64,000 nt of DNA from Desulfobacterales bacterium. GTDB taxonomy: Bacteria > Desulfobacterota > Desulfobacteria > Desulfobacterales > UBA5852. Below, piece after piece: positions 59,473-64,000 of the stretch (position 1 is its first letter; each line of letters opens with the position of its first letter). The translations under genes were made by a program, and so were the position numbers. The stretch spans positions 32,001-96,000 of the forward strand of contig CAXXVS010000003.1 of NCBI GenBank assembly GCA_963674755.2. Reading direction: 5' to 3'. The notes beneath the pieces are model-generated. The model saw nothing but the letters and a program-made list of their open reading frames with translations, was not told where the DNA came from and searched no databases.

Positions 59473-60471
59473 TCAGTTGATGTCCCGCCTGATTCGTTGC
59501 CAGGTCTCGTCCGGGATGCTCGCGCCCATGACCCGGCAGACCTCATAGCCACACACCGAGGCCAGCTTGCCGCAAACGTCGAGCGGCATTCCGTTCACGA
59601 GCCCGAAAAGAAAACCCGCCGCCCAAAGATCACCGGCTCCTGTTGTATCAACAATATCGTTCGCCTGAATCGGTTCAATGCGACACACGTGACCGTTGGC
59701 CGCAATCATGCTGCCGCGTGCGCCCAGTTTCAAGACCGCTAAATCCGCCAAATTGGCGAGCGCATCCAGGGCGGCCGGCTCTTCCTGGTAGCCGGTGAAA
59801 GTAGCGGCTTCATCTTCATTGGCCACAACGATATCGACATATTCTTGAACGACGGCTTCTAAGAAATCCCTGTTTTCCTCCACAACGGTGAAGCTTGCCA
59901 GATCGAGCACGATTTTAGCCCCGGCGGCGCGGGCTTTGTCCAGCGCATAAAGAAATAGGTCACGATTATAGATCAGATAGCCTTCGATCAACGCAATGGC
60001 TGCACCCTCAAAAGCGTTGGCAGGGATTTCCGCTGGCGTCATCTCGGCCGCCGCTCCTAAATAGGTGAGCATGGTGCGCTGGGAATCCGGCGTAATCAAG
60101 GATAAGACGCGCCCGGTCGGCGTAGGGGCCTTGATTAAGAATGGATCGACCCGATGTTGACCCAGACCTTTTTCAAAAAGATGACCAAATTCATCCTGAC
60201 CTCTTTTGCCGAGAAAACGGGTCTCGCCGCCAAGGCAAGCCACCCCCAGAATCGTGTTACACGCAGCGCCCCCAGGGACAACCCGTGCCTTGCCGTCCGC
60301 CCGGTGCAGCACCTGCTGGATGGTATCGGCATCGAAATACACCATGCCGCCTTTGGGTACCCCCGCGCGCGCCACAAACGTTTCCGAGGCGGGAACAATA
60401 ATGTCCACCAGCACCGATCCGATGCCGACCACCAACCGGGAATGGTTGCCCAGAAAAAAATCATTTTTCAT
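59473..60471 (-). CDS. PfkB-family kinase (adenosine kinase-like)
   Basis: PGGAACNT, QRTMLTYLGA, ANEDEA, DTTGAGDLWAAGFL. Confidence 0.92.
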   Translation of the reverse strand: MKNDFFLGNHSRLVVGIGSVLVDIIVPASETFVARAGVPKGGMVYFDADTIQQVLHRADGKARVVPGGAACNTILGVACLGGETRFLGKRGQDEFGHLFEKGLGQHRVDPFLIKAPTPTGRVLSLITPDSQRTMLTYLGAAAEMTPAEIPANAFEGAAIALIEGYLIYNRDLFLYALDKARAAGAKIVLDLASFTVVEENRDFLEAVVQEYVDIVVANEDEAATFTGYQEEPAALDALANLADLAVLKLGARGSMIAANGHVCRIEPIQANDIVDTTGAGDLWAAGFLFGLVNGMPLDVCGKLASVCGYEVCRVMGASIPDETWQRIRRDIN

Positions 60472-60673
60472 TGTGTCTTGCATCCCGTCATATGGTTCGC
60501 GCTTGTTCGCTGTCGATACCCAAGCTTCATCAAACAAACCTTCTAGTGCCCATCCCTAAATGGCATCTTTTAGCCCCTGGCCCGTTCTTGCCTCCTGTCG
60601 GTCCTCGGCATAGCCGGCGACGCCTTACCAGAAACCAACATCTACCGCCTCTGGATGAGCACTATCCAAACGC

Positions 60674-61147
60674 CTACCAGATCAATTTCTTATGAATCCA
60701 GCCCTTGTCCCCATCGCTGCTTTCAATATGGATCCAATCACCCTTTTGCTGAAGCACGCGGAAAGGAACGCCTTTCTCGGCTTTAAAAACGATGGTATTC
60801 TGTGTGCCAGGGCCGGATCGGACATTCACCATATCGGCAAGCGTGATGACCGTCTTTTCTTTCCCTAATAGCTGTTCAGAAATCCAGCCTTCATCACCTT
60901 CGAAATCGCGGAAGAACGCCCAGCCGTCCTGCTTGCGGAGAACCTCCACCGGGTGATAACGTTCGACCTCCCATAGGATCGTATACTTCTCCGTACCGGG
61001 GCCGGAGCGAATATTGGCTTTGCCGACGGTTACCGACATGCGCTCGGCCCGGGCCATTCCGACCAGGGTTAGGCTTGTCAGAACCAACAGGCCAACGCAC
61101 CAACTCCATTTGCCACTTCGGCGGACCCGGTCCATTGTCAATGACAT
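60674..61147 (-). CDS. Exported tandem bacterial SH3-domain protein
   Basis: Two NIRSGPGT/NVRSGPGT...GW repeats, signal peptide, GWIHKKLIW end. Confidence 0.9.
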   Translation of the reverse strand: MSLTMDRVRRSGKWSWCVGLLVLTSLTLVGMARAERMSVTVGKANIRSGPGTEKYTILWEVERYHPVEVLRKQDGWAFFRDFEGDEGWISEQLLGKEKTVITLADMVNVRSGPGTQNTIVFKAEKGVPFRVLQQKGDWIHIESSDGDKGWIHKKLIW

Positions 61148-61182
61148 GCAACCTTCCTCTTTCACCGCCGCGCTGGCGGTCG

Positions 61183-61695
61183 CTATTGTTTCGCTTCAGT
61201 TCCTCCAGATTTCAATCCAAACGACGCAAGCCCGCCGCCCGGCATGGCCAGATGGCGCACGATCATGCCGCGCCTGGCGATACCTTTCTCATCCACGATC
61301 AGATCACCCGCTTGTCGGTGCATGGCAAGCAGGGCTTGTCGGGCGGCGGCGGGATAGTCCGCAACGCCACAATAGGCACTCCCGGAAGCCGGATCCCAGA
61401 ACTTGAAATCCGGCATATAGATATCCACGACACCACCCAAGAGAGCCAAGGTTTCCGGTGTGTCATATCCGCCGGTGTTGTAAACCAGCGGCAGCCGCAG
61501 ACCCTTAGATGCGGCCAATTCCAGCGCCGCCAGAATCTGAGGCACGACATGCGAGGGAGAAACCAGGTTGACAGGCAGCCCATGCCCTGCAATCGCACCA
61601 TCATATCAGCAAGCTGGGCTGCCGTCACGGGGTGGCCGGCCCCTTCATGGCTGATCTCGTAGTTCTGACAAAACCGGCAGCCCAGATTGCAAGTG
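61183..61695 (-). pseudogene. PflX-like radical SAM pseudogene
   Basis: CNLGCRFCQNYEIS in one frame; NLVSPSHVVPQIL...YNTGGYD...VDIYMPDFKF...VRHLAMPG in another; both termini missing. Confidence 0.85.
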
Positions 61696-61896
61696 GAGAT
61701 AGCAGGGCCATTCATCAGGCCCGATCACGCTCCCTGGTCCACCTCTCCTCCGTTGGGTGGCGTGGGCCGCCTGGAAAGCAAAAATCCGGTCCGTATTCGG
61801 GCTCGAACAGGGAACCGGATGAAGGCGATCGCTTGAATCGACATGCTCCTATCGGGCGCTGACAAGCGGACTGTTGCTTCGGCTGGTCCGCCAGGA

Positions 61897-62130
61897 TCAA
61901 GGCCCGGGAATGTCGTAGGTGGTGCAATTCCCGCCGCTGCAAGTCCTGGTTTGCTTTGAGGCCGTTTGTCCCGTGCTATTGTTGACCGCATAGTTGGTGG
62001 TGCTCATGACACGCTCGAAATCTTCCGCGCCGCAATGCGGGCATTGCATTTCCATGGTGTCCTCGCTGCGCACCGCCAGAAATTCAAAAAACTCATTGCA
62101 CTTCAGACACTTAAACTCATAAATCGGCAT
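61897..62130 (-). CDS. FmdB-family zinc-ribbon protein
   Basis: MPIYEFKCLKC...CPHCG...RVMS; GAGGA RBS. Confidence 0.9.
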   Translation of the reverse strand: MPIYEFKCLKCNEFFEFLAVRSEDTMEMQCPHCGAEDFERVMSTTNYAVNNSTGQTASKQTRTCSGGNCTTYDIPGP

Positions 62131-62209
62131 TGGCAATTCCTCGGCTAATCGTTTGGGGCTCTAATTAAGCCCTTCGATTCTGCCTTGTCAAGCGGCAAGG
62201 ATGTGCGTT

Positions 62210-63910
62210 TTACGTCTTCTGCAACATCTCGCGTGCATGGTCGAGGGTCTTATGGGTAATTTCGATACCTCCCAGCATCCGGGCCATCTCTTCCAGTCGC
62301 TCGTCGGCATTCAAAGGGGCAATCGTCGCCCGTGTCCGGCCCTGATGAACCGCTTTGGATATCTTGAAGTGCTCCCGGCCGAATTTGGCGATCTGGGGCA
62401 GGTGGGTGATGCAAATGACTTGGTGATGGGCTGCTAAGTCCTTTAGTTTCTGCCCCACGACCTCGGCCACACCGCCGCCGATCCCCGCATCCACCTCATC
62501 AAAAATAAGCGTCTCAAGCGAACCCGTAACCGCCAGGATGGCTTTCAGGGCCAAAACGACCCGCGACAACTCGCCTCCCGAGGCAATGGCCGCCAGGGGC
62601 TTCAGCTGCTCGCCCACATTGGGGGCGATCTGAAAAACAGCGCGATCCATACCGCGTTCGTCCACCTTGCAGCCGTCAACGGTGAGGTATAATGAGGTGC
62701 GACCATCAGCGGGAACGGTGGCGAGCGCAATGGCGAATTGCGTCCCCGACATATGTAGCGCCTCCAGCTGCCGGGCCATTTCTCCGGATAAATCGACAGC
62801 TACGTTTCGGCGCTGGTCATGCAACTTCTGGACAGCTGCTTTTAACCGTTCGTGGCTCGCTTCCAGGCGCTGGTCCAGCGCGTCGATCTGGGTGCCCAGG
62901 TTTTCGAGATCGGCAAGCGCCTCCCGGATGGCGTCGAATTTGGCCATGACGTCGGCCAGGGTCTCTCCATATTTCCGTTTGAGGCGTGTAAGGGTGTCAA
63001 GGCGGGCTTCCACCTCCTCCAAACGATGGTCATCGCTTTCCACCTTCCCCAGGTAGCGCCGCAGCTCTTCGGCCACATCCTCGGCCTGGTAGCTCAACTC
63101 GGCCACCCGCTCGGCCGGCGATTGCAGCTCGCCGTCAATGGCCGCCGCTGTCTCCAGCTGATGGCGTATGGCGCCCAGATGATCCGTCACGGCATCCTGG
63201 GCCCCATAGAGCAATTCGACACATTGATGGACGGTCTGAATCAAGGTCTGCGAATTGCGCAGGCGGCGTCGTTCGGCTGCCAGTTGATCGTCCTCGCCGG
63301 GCACCAGACGGGCGGCTTCAATTTCCGTTTGTTGAAACTGCAGCAGCTCCCGCTGCTCGTTCTGGCGATCGCGAAGGGTCAGCAGCTTTTCCCGTTGTTC
63401 CAGCAGGGGTATAATTTCCCGGTAAATGTCGCCCACGGCTTCCCGCATCCCCATGAGATTGCCGTACTCATCCAGAACATCCAGATGGAAATCTTCCTTG
63501 AGCAGCGACTGGTGGGCGTGTTGGCTGGAAATACTGGCCAGATTCTCGGTAATCGCCTGGAGCACCTGCATGGTGGCCATGCTGCCGTTGATAAAGATAC
63601 GATGGCGGTCATTGCTGGCAATAATGCGCCTGATGAGGAGCCCCTCTTCGGCGCTGTAACCGTGGGCGGCCATCGTGGCGGCCGCCGGAGATGCCGTGCC
63701 GATATCGAAAAACGCCTCAAGTTCGGCTGATTCCGCACCCGTTCGAATGAGCTTGGCCGTCGCACGGGTCCCCAGCAACAATTTGACCGCGTTGATAATA
63801 ATGGATTTGCCCGCCCCGGTTTCACCGCTCATGATGGTGAGACCGGTATCAAACTGCATCTGCAGGTCATCGATGATGGCAAAATTCTTTATGGATAGAT
63901 CTCGGAGCAT
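62210..63910 (-). CDS. recN: DNA repair protein RecN
   Basis: IKNFAII, SGETGAGKSII, ASGGELSRV, IFDEVDAGIGG, CITHLPQIA, EMARMLGG. Confidence 0.98.
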   Translation of the reverse strand: MLRDLSIKNFAIIDDLQMQFDTGLTIMSGETGAGKSIIINAVKLLLGTRATAKLIRTGAESAELEAFFDIGTASPAAATMAAHGYSAEEGLLIRRIIASNDRHRIFINGSMATMQVLQAITENLASISSQHAHQSLLKEDFHLDVLDEYGNLMGMREAVGDIYREIIPLLEQREKLLTLRDRQNEQRELLQFQQTEIEAARLVPGEDDQLAAERRRLRNSQTLIQTVHQCVELLYGAQDAVTDHLGAIRHQLETAAAIDGELQSPAERVAELSYQAEDVAEELRRYLGKVESDDHRLEEVEARLDTLTRLKRKYGETLADVMAKFDAIREALADLENLGTQIDALDQRLEASHERLKAAVQKLHDQRRNVAVDLSGEMARQLEALHMSGTQFAIALATVPADGRTSLYLTVDGCKVDERGMDRAVFQIAPNVGEQLKPLAAIASGGELSRVVLALKAILAVTGSLETLIFDEVDAGIGGGVAEVVGQKLKDLAAHHQVICITHLPQIAKFGREHFKISKAVHQGRTRATIAPLNADERLEEMARMLGGIEITHKTLDHAREMLQKT

Positions 63911-64000
63911 GGTGAGGGGGTCCGGCAACCGGGGTACCGGATGGGTTGAAAACGCCTATGATGGCCACCGAATATCGTCCGGTTACTTTTTTTGGGGCAG

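Overview
64-kb chromosomal window, most likely from a sulfate-reducing Desulfobacterota (Desulfobacterales-like; inferred from gene content and protein style, not from a marker gene). The left part (about 1-31 kb) is GC-rich and accessory-like. It holds a 5'-truncated NorD/CbbO-type VWA gene, a TetR-TolC-MFP-RND-PII-like efflux operon, an ArsR/thioredoxin/ArsP module, crcB plus a DUF190-CBS fusion, and a low-GC fatty-acid-hydroxylase gene with decayed attC-like sites. It also has a GntR-linked six-gene sugar/polyol catabolic operon of unknown substrate, a sigma54 regulator-lytic transglycosylase module with a full set of cis-sites, an orphan flgM, a strong unannotated sRNA candidate, and a Bacteroidota-like fabF beside two stand-alone cNMP-binding proteins. 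The right part (about 32-64 kb) is mostly housekeeping: comM, lpxC, ntrYX-like, rsmD, coaD, LysR, pcm, ygfA, serS, thrC, pilMNOPQ, a two-component pair, a PfkB kinase and recN. It also contains a decayed IS1182 flanked by a 27-bp duplication of a terminator, tandem NrdR-like boxes upstream of the pilus operon, and a PflX-like pseudogene. I recognised no tRNA, rRNA, CRISPR array or prophage. All calls come from motif recognition by eye; no searches were run.
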